From: Diplonema japonicum
Lineage: Eukaryota; Protista; Euglenozoa: Diplonemea
Reading direction: 5' to 3'
DNA: 64,000 bases
NCBI GenBank assembly: GCA_964019335.1
Contig: OZ025711.1
Location: forward strand, 186,001-250,000
Shown: positions 15,001 through 27,000 of the stretch, in pieces
Layout of the letters: each line of letters begins with the position of its first letter
Numbering within the stretch: position 1 is the first letter of the stretch
Program-made: the position numbers and the translations under genes
Notes under the pieces: model-generated
What the model was told of the DNA's origin: nothing
Seen by the model: the letters and a program-made list of their open reading frames with translations, nothing else
Database searches by the model: none

Positions 15001-18000
15001 GTCATGGCAGGTTTGGCCCTCCGCGGAGCAGACTCCGTTGGAACACGTAGGGCAGGTCTCTACGCACTCATCGATCACACACTCGGCAGAGTTGGCCACA
15101 GCCTTGCCCGTGGTCGGCGGCGGGCAGGTGCAGGTCCAGTCGCTGGTGGAATGCATCGAAGTGTCCGGGTCCTCACAGGTCTGGCTCTTGCTGCTGCAGG
15201 TGTCGTTCGCACAAGTGGCGCAGCTCACCACGCACTCATCGATCGTGCACTCCGCAGGTTGCGCTGTGGCAGTCCCGTTCATTGGGGGTGTGCACTTGCA
15301 CTGCCAGTCGCCGGCCTTAGCCTGGTCCGGGTCGAAGCAGGTCTGCTGCTGCGACTCGCAGGTGTCTTTGTGCAAGTCGCACTCGTCAACGTCGCACGAG
15401 GGGGTCACAGGACCCCCCACTTGAGACGGCTTCTGGGCAGGAGGAGGGCACGAGCAGGTCCAGTCGCTGAGCTTGCTCGTGTCGGGATCATTGCAGATTT
15501 GCGTAGCATTCGAGCAAGCGTTGTCCGCGCAGGTCGGACAGGTCTCCACGCACTCGTCGATGCGGCAGACGGCGGCGCTCCCAATGGCCACACCAGCATA
15601 CGGAGACGGGCACGTGCAGGTCCAGTCACCGGTGGAGTGAACAGCGGTGTCGGGGTCATTGCAGACCTGGTTGGCATCCGAGCAGGTGGTGTTCGCACAG
15701 GTCGGGCCAACACAGTCAGCAGCACACTCGTCAAGGGTGCACTCTGCGGGCTTGGCAACCCCAGTACCGTTCATCGGCGGTGTGCACTTGCACTCCCAGT
15801 CGTTGGGGGTGAGCTGGTCGGGATCGTCACAGGTCTGCCCGACGTTCTCGCAAATCTGCTTCATCTTGTCGCACTCGTTCTCCTCGCAGCCCGTCACAGG
15901 CGCTCCTACAACAGGTGGCTGCTGCGATGGAGGGGGGCAGGTACAGGTCCAGTCGTTCAGCGTTGAGGTGTCGGGGTCGTGGCAAGTCTGGTTCTTCGCG
16001 CTGCAGGTGGTACCTGCGCATGACGGTTCGCTGCAGTTGGCCGCGCACTCGTCGAGAAGGCAGGTCGCAGAGTTCGCAATGGCCACCCCGGTGAAAGGGG
16101 GCGGGCATGTGCAGGTCCAGTCGGCTGTGGAGTGCATCGAGATGTCCGGGTCCTCGCAAGTCTGGCCCTCGCTGCTGCAGGTATCGTTCGCACAAGTAGC
16201 GCAGCTTGCCACACACTCGTCGATCGTGCAGTCCGCAGCCTGGGCCGTGGCGGTCCCATTCATGGGGGGCACGCATTTGCACTTCCAGTCATCAGCGACC
16301 AGCTGGTCGGGGTCCTCACAGATCTGGCCCTGGTTCTCGCACACCACCTTGTGCAGGTCACACTCGTTCACCTCGCACCCCATCACCGGCTGCTGCGGCG
16401 AGGGCGGCTGCTTCGAGGGTGGAGGGCAGTTGCACGTCCAGTCCCCCAGCTTCGTGAAGTCGGGGTCATGGCAGGTCTGGTTCACGTTCGAACACGTTGC
16501 GTTGGCACAGGTGGTCCCAGTACACAGGGCAGAGCATTCGTCCAGCTTGCAGATCGCGGCGGCGGCGGTGGCCGAGCCCGTGAAGGGGTTCTGACACGTG
16601 CAGGTCCAGTCCCCAGTGGAGTGCGATGCCTTGTTGGGGTCGTCGCAAAGCTGGTTTTCTCCCGTGCAGGTCGTGTTTGCACAGCTCGGGCAGGTCTTCA
16701 CGCACTCGTCGAGTTCACACCAAGCAACCTGCGCGGTGGCGGTGCCATTCGAAGGCGCCTTGCAGGTGCAGGTCCAGTCCCCGGTCACAGACTGGTCGGG
16801 GTCGTGGCAAGTTTGGTCTGCGTTCTCGCAGGTGTCCTTGTGGATGGTGCACTCGTCGAAGTCGCAACTGACCACAGCGGCGGCTACGGCGCTCTGGTTC
16901 GAGGGCGGGGGACACGTGCAGGTCCAGTCGCTCAACACCGTGGTGTCCGGGTCGTGGCAAATCTGGTTCTTGTCGCTGCAGGTGGTTTTTGCGCAGGTGC
17001 TGCAGGTCTGGTCCTTGCACTCGTCGACCTGGCAGACAGCGGCGTTCGCCACTGCCACACCCGTGTAGGGCGGCTTACAGGTGCAGGTCCAGTCGCTCAA
17101 GCTGGTCACGGTGGGGGTGGGGTCAAAGCAGTCCTGGTTCTTGTCGCTGCACGTTGTCCCAGCGCAGGTGGGGCAATCAACAGCGCACTCGTCGAGAACG
17201 CACACCGCCGCCACCTGTCCGGGCTGCGTCTTCGGGTCCCTCGTCGCGGGTGGCACACAGTCGCAGTAGTAGTCGTCCGTGCACGGTGCAGGGGTGGGGT
17301 CCATGCAGAGCTGGTTCACAGCACCGCAGGTAAGGTTCCCGGGTTGCCCCGCCGCGCACTCGTCATGCTGGCACACGCTGTTCGCAGCGTCCCACACGCA
17401 CATGGCGTCTGCCTTGCACATCTTCTCGTTGTACACGGGGTCCCCGGTGGTGTATGCGCAGTCGCATGTGGGGTCTGGGGCGTTCGTGCAGATGCTGCCG
17501 TTCACCCAGGTGCAGTTGTTGCTCGGGTCACCCTGGCACGCCGAGCCGTTGCAGTGCAGCAGACATGGGGAGTTCAGGCACACAGAACCAACGTCAGACC
17601 AGATACACCCGGGATCCTTCTTGCAGGTCCCTTGGGTTTGGTAGTCTGGACACGGAAGGTGCACGCCGCTCGAAGGCTGAGGAGGGTCCTTCACGATGAG
17701 GTGTCCCCAAGGGCCGTTCGGGTCGCAGATCCCCTTCATGAGGTCGGGCACCTCGTCGATCATGACGTTCTTGAAGTGGTCGTCGTGCGGGTCAGAGGTA
17801 ATCGGCTTCAGCGTTTTCTCAGCGTCAAGATCCGCCTTCGTGTGCTTGGTGGCCTTCCTCACCACGATACCGAACACCTGCACACCCTCCTTGTCTAGCT
17901 CCGCCCTCGCACCAGAAAGGGAGTTCGGGTCGTAGATCTGCCCGTCTGTGAAGATAAAGAGCACTCTCTGCCTCCCGTCCACAGGCGAAGCGTGGAACAT

Positions 18001-21000
18001 GTCGGCCGCCATCGTGAGACCCTCTTCAATCATGGTCCCGTCACCCATGTAGTTGTCCTCGTGCCAGTCCACGTCGTCTTCCAGCTGTTGCAGCTTACCA
18101 GTGAGTCTTCCGCCAGATCCCTTCCCACCAGGGGTCTTCCTGGCTTCGCTCCTCCAATTGTTCCATCCAGAGAACTGGACAATACCCACGCGCACTCCGC
18201 CGTTGTCTTTCTTCGACTTGATCCCCACAGAGGCGTCTTCCCCGTTCAAGGGCAGGGTCTCGATCCAGTCCCTCATCATCTCCATCAAAGCGTCAAAGCC
18301 GTGAGGGTGGTTCCCGAACTTCGCAGACATGGAGCCTGACCCGTCCAGCACCAGCACGATGTCGAGGGTGGGGCATTCGCCGAACTCAATCGCCACGCAG
18401 GCACCGGTCCCAGCGAAACCTGCACCGGGTTTCCAGTAGCACTTGTCGTGCTGGTTGCACGGGCACATGTCAGGGAACTTGCTGCAGTCCAAGTCCACGC
18501 ATTTGTTCGTTGTTGAATTCCACATGCAGTCGCTCTGCTCGTCGCACTTCGGCTGCTTCTGGATCGCCGGACACTTCTTCTGCGAGCAGACCGCGGGGGC
18601 GGTAGTTGCATCCCACTTGCAAATCGGGTCCTTGTCGCAGCACCTCTCGTCCCTGAACTGCGCGCACACCCGGTCCTTGCAGGTGGAGGCCGCGGCGTCC
18701 CACACGCAGTGCACATCGGCGTCGCAGTCCCCCTTCGCGGCAAAGTAGTCACAGCCCTTGGGCATGCACTGCAGCTGCGTGGTGTTCCCGCACAGAGGGT
18801 AGTCCCACTTGCATGCCGGGTCGGAGCTGCACACAGACTGGTAGGTCGACGAGCAGGGCTCCACAATGCACACGTCCTGCCCGTTCTGGTTTACCCAGGC
18901 ACAGCCGTCCTTGTCAGCTTCGCAGTCGGCTTGGTTCTTGTTCGGGGTACAAGGGGGCAGCACGCACACCCCGTTGTCCCACACGCAGAGGTCCGGAGAG
19001 TTCACGCACTGAGTCTGGTCTGTGTAGGCACACTTTGTCTCCTTCCAGCACTCCGTCCCGTTCCACTTACACAGGTTCGCCGTGTCCTTGATGCACGACT
19101 GCTCGTCACAGTGCGCAATGCACGGGGAGTCCTGGCACTCGTTGCTTGCGGCGTGCCACTCGCAACCGGGATCGGCGTTGCAGAGGTGCGAGTCGGCGTG
19201 GTTGGGGCACGGAGCGTGCACACCGGCCTGCGTCGAGGGAGAGTTCTTCACGATGAGGTGTCCGAACTTCCCGTTGGGGTCGCAAATGTCGCCCAGCACT
19301 TTGGTCGAGATCTCGTCCAGCATGAGGTTCTGGAAATGGTCATCATGCGGGTCCGAGGTGATGGGCTTAAGCGTGGCCTCTGCGTCGACATCAGCCTTAG
19401 TGTGCGCCTGCTGCTTCCTTATCACAATACCGAAGGTTTGCACATCCTCCTGGTCCAGCACTGTCCTTGCGGGACCCAAGGAGTTAGGGTCGTAGATCTT
19501 CCCATCCGTGAAGATGATGAGGATCCTGGGGCGTACAGCGTGCTGATGCGAGGCATCGAACATGTCTCCCACCATCGTCAACCCCTTCTCGATCATGGTG
19601 CCGTCCCCCATGTAGTTGGCCTCGTGCCAGTCCAAATCTTGGTTGATCTGAGTTAGGTCACCCGACAGGTGCCCACTAGAACCCGTACCCGATGGGGTTT
19701 GGATCGCCTTCGGTGTCCCAGAGAACCACCACCAGGGGTTGCTGCCAGAGAACTGCACGAACCCAAGCCTGAGACCGCCCTTGGCAGGACCAGGACCAGT
19801 GTTGGTCCCCGCCAGCTCTCCTGTGAGGGGGAGGGTCTTTGCCCAGTCCCTCAGGATCTCAATCAGCCCGTAGAAGCCGTGCGGGTGATTCCCGAACCAG
19901 GCATCCATCGAGCCAGACCCATCCATCAGCATGATCACGTCCATCGTAGGGCACTCACCGTACTTCGCGTCCGTGCACTTGTTGTGAGCAGCGTCCCAGT
20001 AGCAGTCGGGGTGTGCCCTGCACGGGCACTTGTCCAGCTTGCTGCAATCCTCCTCCACACACGCCTGCTTACCGGAGTCCCACATGCACTTGCTGTCGGC
20101 GTCACACTGGTCCTTCGTAGCCTGGGTCGGGTAGGTTTTGGGGCAGTACTTCTCTCCGCACACAGGAGGGCTGGAGGTGATGTCCCAGTGGCAGTTGTCG
20201 TCGTGGTCGCAGCACTTCTCAGTCGGGTACTTCGCACACTTCCCGAGCTCGCAAGTGAGGGAGCTCGTCCACACGCACCAAGTGTCCTTTACGCACCCCG
20301 CCTGCGATTGGTGGTCAGGCTGAGAGCACCTCTTCGGCACGCACTTCTGGTCTGCAGCGTCAGGGCACGCAGCATCCCATTCGCAGTCAGTGTCTACCTC
20401 GCATGTTGTCTGGTTGTCGTAGTAGCAAGGAGTTTCCACACACTTCGGGTCGGGTTGGATCGTCGTGTCCCAAGTGCACTGCTTTCCAAGGTTGTTGCAT
20501 GCTGCTTGGTCCGTTGCCTGGCAAGGGCCTTCGTCGCACCTGGGATTCTTTGCAGCGTCCCATTTGCAATCGTTGTCAACGCACTCCTTTTGGTTGAGGT
20601 GGTCCTTGCACACAGTCTTCTCACATTGCAGAGTCCCGTTGTTAAACTTGCACTTGTTCGTCGTGTCCGCAACACAGTCTGTCTCACCACAGTGCTTGAA
20701 GCAGGGGTGGTCCTCGCAGGCCACAGTGATCGAATTCCACTGGCAAGTCGCACGTGCCGTGCAGTCAGGGATACTCTGGATAGAGTCACAGGGAGGCTCC
20801 GTGTTGGGCTTCGTGGTGGAGCCACTGGTGATGAGTGCTCCGAACACGCTGTTCGGGTCGCAGAAGTCATCAAGCACCTTGTGAGCTTCGTCGATCTGCA
20901 TCATCAGGGCATGGCTGTCCTTCGGGTCGGTGACGATTTCCTTGAGAGCGTCTAGGTTCCTCTGGTCCAGGAAGTTGGGGTTACCCCTTGTCAGCACAAT

Positions 21001-24000
21001 CCCGAAGGTCTGTACACCCTCTGCAGCAAGAATAGCACCAGCGGGCCCCAGGGAGGACCTGTCCTGGATCATGCCATCTGTGAAGATGAGGAGGATCTTC
21101 TTCCTGTAAGCGGGGGAAGACTTGAAGGTCTCCCCTGCAAACTCCTCTGCCTCCTTCACCAGCGTCTGCGGTCGGCGCTTCTCGCCCTCGTGCCAGTCCA
21201 AGTCAGCAAGGAGCTGCGCTTTGTTACCGGTGAGCTTCCCGCATTTGTCGGCGGGGCGGGGAGGGGTTTTCCCCTTCGTGTTCATGCTGCTCGTGGTGGG
21301 GATGCCGTCGCCATCTGAGCCCACAGCAGGGCTGCAAGCGCAGGCGGGGCACTCCGCCAGCCTCACTCCTTGGTCCCACTCGCTGAACCCAACCCTCACC
21401 CTTCCGTTGGTGTCGGTCGAGGTCACGCCGGCCGCTTCCCCAGTGAGGGGGAGCGCCTGCACCCAGTCCCTTAGGGCCTCCATGAGCCCCTCGAAGCCGT
21501 TGGGGTGCGTCCCGAACCTGTTGTTCATCGATGTTGACCCGTCGAAGGCCACCACCACGTCCAGGTCCGGGCACTGCGTGAAGTGCTGGTCCCTGCACAC
21601 AGGGGCGGTAGGCACAGAGCGGTCCACCACGCACCTCGAGTCCGCTTGGCAGTCGCACATCCTGTCGGGGCCCATCGCAGGATTGTTGTATGAGTCGCAC
21701 GTCTTGTCTACACACTTGTTGTTCGCGGAGTCCCACATGCACGTCCCCTTCGGGTCGGCATTGCAGCTCGCGTCGTCGGTGAACGTCTTGTAGCAGTACT
21801 TTTCCTTGCAGCCCTCGCACCCCGTGGGGTCCCAGTGGCAGTCCGTGTCGTGGTCGCAGATCGCTTCCGTCGCGTGCTTGTAGCACTTCGACTCCTCACA
21901 GGTGGAGGTTGCCGCGGTCCACTTGCAGGCGCTGTTGGAGATGCACGCATTCTCCGTGTTCGCACCGACACAGTGCTGCTTGTGGCACACCTTGCTGCCT
22001 GCGTCCCATTCGCAACCATCAGCGCTATTTTTGCAGGTTGTATCGGTCGTCTCCCTACACACTTTCTGCGCACAGGTGTTGGTGTCGCACTTCCAGTCGC
22101 AGGCATCGCTCACGTGGTTCAAGCAGTCAAGCTTGTCCGTGATCGTCGTGCAGTCCGGGTCCTTCTCTTTGCACTTAAGTGTGGCGGGGTCCCATTGGCA
22201 GTCGCCGTCCACGTCACAGGTCCCCTGCGTAAAGTGCAGGCACTTCTTGGGGACACAAGTCGCTGGGGTTGCCGTAGTGTCCCACATGCACATGTCATCA
22301 GGGTCTGTCTCGCACGCGTTCTTGTCAGGGTAGTTGCAAACCTTCCTCTGACACTTATCAGTGTCCCAGAAGCAGTCGTTTGCCGTGTCCTGCTCGCAAG
22401 GAACCTCTTCGCAGTGCTCTTCGCAAACGGTGGCACCGCAGTAGCCACTCCCCACGGGGTTGCTCGATCCCGCGGTGCAGGAGACTGCACCACCAGACAG
22501 CTTGCAGTTTGCGCAGGTCATCCCTGCAGAAACCTGGGCAGCAGGGAGCTCAAGGCAGTTGAGGTTCGTGCACCCGTTGCCCGGACACGAAGTAGGGGCA
22601 GGGGTCTTCCAGTTACACGCCTGGTCAGACCTGCACTCGAGTTTTACGCCCCACTTCGAGCAGGGGACAGCGGAGGACTGAGCCGGGGGGGCTGTGTTGT
22701 TCGCGCTGTTCTGGTTCTGGGCTTGCTGCCTGATAGCGGACCCGAATCTCCCCGCAGGGTCGCAGAAGTCGTTGAACACCTCCGTGAGCATGTCGTCCAA
22801 CGGCACGTTCACGAAATGGTCGTCGTGGGCGTCGGAGGTTACCGGCTTCAGGGTCTCCTCAGCATCGATGTCAGCCTTTGTGTGGGCAGCGGTCTTCCTC
22901 ACAACCACGCCAAAGGTTACGACTCCCTCAGCGTCGAGTTTCTGCCTGATAGCAGGGATCTCTTGGCTCTTCTGGGGTTCCAAAGGGTTCATCTGCCCGT
23001 CCGTGATAATGACAAGGACGTGTGCACGGTGCGCGGGAGAGCCGTGGAAGATGTCGACCGCATCATCAAGGGCTGCCGCCATGTAGGTGAGGGAGCCCAT
23101 GTAGTTGGCCTCATGCCAGTCAAGATCGTTCTCCAGCTCATTCAGGTCACCAGTAAGCTGTCCGTTCGAGCAGATCCTTCCTGCAGGGAGCCGCGGCTGG
23201 GTACAGCTTCCCCAGTTCTTCCACCTGTCACAGCCGTCTGCTCCGTTCTTGCACACCCAGTACTCGTTCTCGATGGAGAATTGCACGAAGGCGATACGGA
23301 AAGTCCCACCCTTGACCGCGGAGTTGATCCCAACAGTGTTGTCCTCTCCGGTGAGGGGTAGTGTCCTCACCCAGTCTCTCAGCATCTCGAGCATCGCATA
23401 GTATCCGTGGGGGTGCGTCCCGAACCTTGCCCCCATGGAACCAGAGCCGTCGAGCACGAAGACCACGTCGAGGTCAGGACAGCTGGAGACCTTGGTGTCC
23501 TTGCACTTGGCGGCAGGGGCGGTCACAGCAGGGTCCCAGTAGCAGTTCGTGTCACGAACACAGTCGCAGTTCTTCGTGTGGTCGGAGCAGCTTGCAAGGG
23601 CACAGTACGGTCCCTTCGAGTCAGTGCCGGTTTTGCAGGCAGGGTCGCTCATGCACGCAGCATCGTCGATGGTCCCCATCTTCGAGGGCGCATCTCCAAG
23701 GCCAGGGTACTGCGTGTTGTGGTTCTTCGTGCAGGTGGTGGGCTGGCAGGTCGGCGGAGTCGTGACCGAGTCCCAGTGGCACCTGGGGTCGTGGTCGCAC
23801 TTCACCTCGTCGTCCTTGTACTGCGGACAGTAGTCAGTCACGCATTCGTTGTTGTCCCAGTGGCACACGTCGCTGTTTCCGCAGTCTGCCTGGTTCAGGG
23901 GCTTACACTTGTCCTCGGTGCATGTCGAGGATGCGGGGTCCCACACGCAGTTGTCGCAGTCCTTGCAATCCACCTGCGCCTTCGCGGGTGTGCACTTCTT

Positions 24001-27000
24001 CTCCTTGCACATGGTTCCCAGCCACTCGCAATCCGAGTCTACAGAGCAGGTCCCGGAATCAGGGTATGAGCACTTCGTGTCCCTACAGGTCGTGCTGTTG
24101 CAGTCCCACTCGCAGCTCGGGTCGTTCTTGCACACAGCGGGATCGGTCTTGGTGTCACAGGTGGGGATCTGTTTGCAGACAGGGGGGTCGAGCGAGGTGT
24201 CCCACTGGCAGTTGTTCGTGCTGTTCAGACATTTCTCCTGCACAAAGATCGAGCCGCAGGGCTTCGGGTCGCACTTGCTGCCGTCCCACTTGCACAGCAG
24301 GTCGGGGTCGTTCTCACAGGCATTTTGGTCCGTGTACTCGCACACTTTCCTCTCGCATGTCTCGCCGGGGGTCTTCCAGCCGCATGCCGCATCGGCGTCA
24401 CAGCATTTCTTGTCGCAGCATTTCGCGCAGTGGGTCTCCTCGCACGTCCCGTCGATCGACGACTGGACAGAAGCCCCGCAGATGACGGTTGCCCTCTGAA
24501 GCTTGCACTTGCTGCAGTCATAAAGCCCCTTGTACTGCTGCGGGATTCCCTGACAGTTCAGCTCGGGGCACCCTGTTGCCGCAGGACAACTTGCCAGCCT
24601 CGGGGTCTTCCACTCGCACAGCGAGTCGGCGTTGCACTCGTCCTTGAAGCCCCACGTTGAGCATTGGTAATGCTTCGCGTCAACCGGGGGGATCAGGGTT
24701 TTTCCGAACTTCGAGTTGGGGTCGCAGAAGGGCTCCAGCACCTGCCCCGGAATCTCGTCCAGCATGAGGTTCATGAAGTGGTCGTCCTTCGGGTCTGTCA
24801 CCAGAGGCTTCAACTTCGCCTCCGCATTGTCGTCCTGGAAGGTGTGGTAGGAGAACCTCCTCATCACGATCCCGAACACCACCACATCCTCGTCACGGAG
24901 CTTCTGCTGCGCGTCGTCCAGCATTCCGGGGTAGGTGGGCTTCCACTGCGAGTCGCAGCCGCTGGGGCATCGTCCACAGGAGGTACCACTGCACGCGTCA
25001 CCGTCGTAGTCAGTGAGACCACCGTCAGCGATAATTATTACCACGTGCTTCCTGTGTGAAGGGGACTGGCTGGGGAGGAAGGTGTGGTCCGCCACGTCCA
25101 AAAGAGCATCGTGGAGGTAAGTCCAGTGCGACTGGTAGTTCGCCTCATGCCAGTCGATGTCTCCCATCAGCTCATTGAGGTTACCAGAGAGGAGACCGTC
25201 CGTGCACTTGCCCACTGCGCAGCCCGTGGGATGGTCCATCGCAGGCGTCGCCTCTGCCCTCGAGAACTGGATAAAAGTGAGACGGAATCCACCGCCCTTC
25301 ACATTCGATGCGCCACCAACCGTGTGGTCCTCCCCCGTGAGGGGAAGCGTCTTCACCCAATCCCTCAATGTCTCCAGCAGCCCATAGAAGCCGTGCGGGT
25401 GGTTCCCAAAGGACCTCGACATTGAGCCAGATCCGTCAAGCACAAAAGCAACATCCAGATCGGGGCACGTGGAGTAAGAGGTCTTCGCGCAGTGGTCGTT
25501 GCCCGAGCCAGTCGTGTCCACAACCCACGAGCACTCGGGGTCAGCCACGCACCCACACTTCTTCTTGGGTGTGTTGTACTTCTCACAAGTGGCGGCCGTG
25601 CAGTGAGCGGGGGTAGAGCTTCCGTCCCACATACAGTTCGTGTTCGTTTCGCATGTTCCTTGCGTCGTGTGCACACCGCACTCCGTCGGGGTACAGATCG
25701 GAGGGTTGATTGAAGCGTCCCAGTGACACACCTTGTCTTGGTCACACGTGAGTTCGTCGGGGTGCTTGGGGCAGGGCGCTTCCACGCAGGTCGTCCTCTG
25801 GTCGTCCCACTTGCAGTAAGGGTCGTTCTCGCACAGTTGCACCGTGGTGTGCTTGCATTTTTCTTCCGTGCAGTACTCAACAAGGGTCGACGGAGGGCCA
25901 GCAGGGGGAGGGGTCTGAAGGGGGACCCACTGGCACCCAGACTCGGCCAAACACTTCCCTTCAGAGGTCTGCAAACACTTCTTCGGGTAGCAGGTGGGCG
26001 TCTTCGTGGAGTCGAAGTCGCACACATTGAGGAAGCAGTAATCGGGGTTCCCAGCGGGCGGTGTGCACGGAGAGGGCATCTCCACCGCGACTGCGGTGCA
26101 CGACTGCTGGTCGGTGTGCGTCCTACATGGGTTCTCCACGCACGTGTTCGCGGTGCTCCACATCACGTTCCACAGGCACTTCTCATCCTGCTGGCATGCA
26201 GCGACGTCTGTGTGCGCAGCGCAGCCAGGGGGCTCCCTACGGCAGTCGTTTCCGTCCCAGGCACATCCGGCCTTCGCGACGCAGGTCTGCTGTGTGCAGA
26301 GCGGGTAGCACTCGGACAGCTGGCACAATGGAGTTTTCGAGGAGTCCCAGTTGCAGGTGGTATCGGCCATGCACGAAGTTTCCGTGGTCAGGTCCCCACA
26401 GACTGCGGTTTTTGTAATGCTGGGGTTGTGGCAGCCCCCCCTCGAGGAGTCCCACTGGCACTGGGGGGAGGACTGGATGCACTTGCACTTGTCGGTCACG
26501 TCGGCGCAGACGAGGGTCTGGCACTTCTTGTCCCCTGCAATGTTGGTGTTCCAGTAGCACGGACCGTCGGCGGTATTGTCAGCGTTGCAGTCCGCTTCCG
26601 TGAGGTGCGTCACCGCGCAGTAGTTGTCCACGCACTCAGGTGGGCTCTTCGTCGTGTCCCAGTCGCACGTCACGTCGCCTTCGCAGGTCGTTTCGTCCCC
26701 GTAGCGGTGGCACCCGACCTCCACACACTTCGCGGGGCTCTGTGTTGTGTCCCACTTGCAGGAGTCGGCGGGGAGGCGGGCTTCGCACGCCCCTCGGTTC
26801 TTGTAGGAGTCGCATCCAGCCACCACAATCTGCGAACCGAACACGTCGTCCTTGTTCATGCAGAGTTCCCCCACACCACCCCACTCGCACACGTAGCCTT
26901 CGATGCGGTTGTGTCCGTTCGGGTAGTCGTTCCACCTTCCGTTCCCGTAGTAGTGTCCGTAGTCTTCTCCAGTCGTCGAGCACGTCGCTGGCGAGCAGTC

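Noticed and set aside
12130-17350. Regularly spaced repeats suggestive of a CRISPR or satellite array
   Set aside because: Repeats are degenerate at the DNA level, conserved at the protein level and in frame within a eukaryotic CDS; no cas genes.
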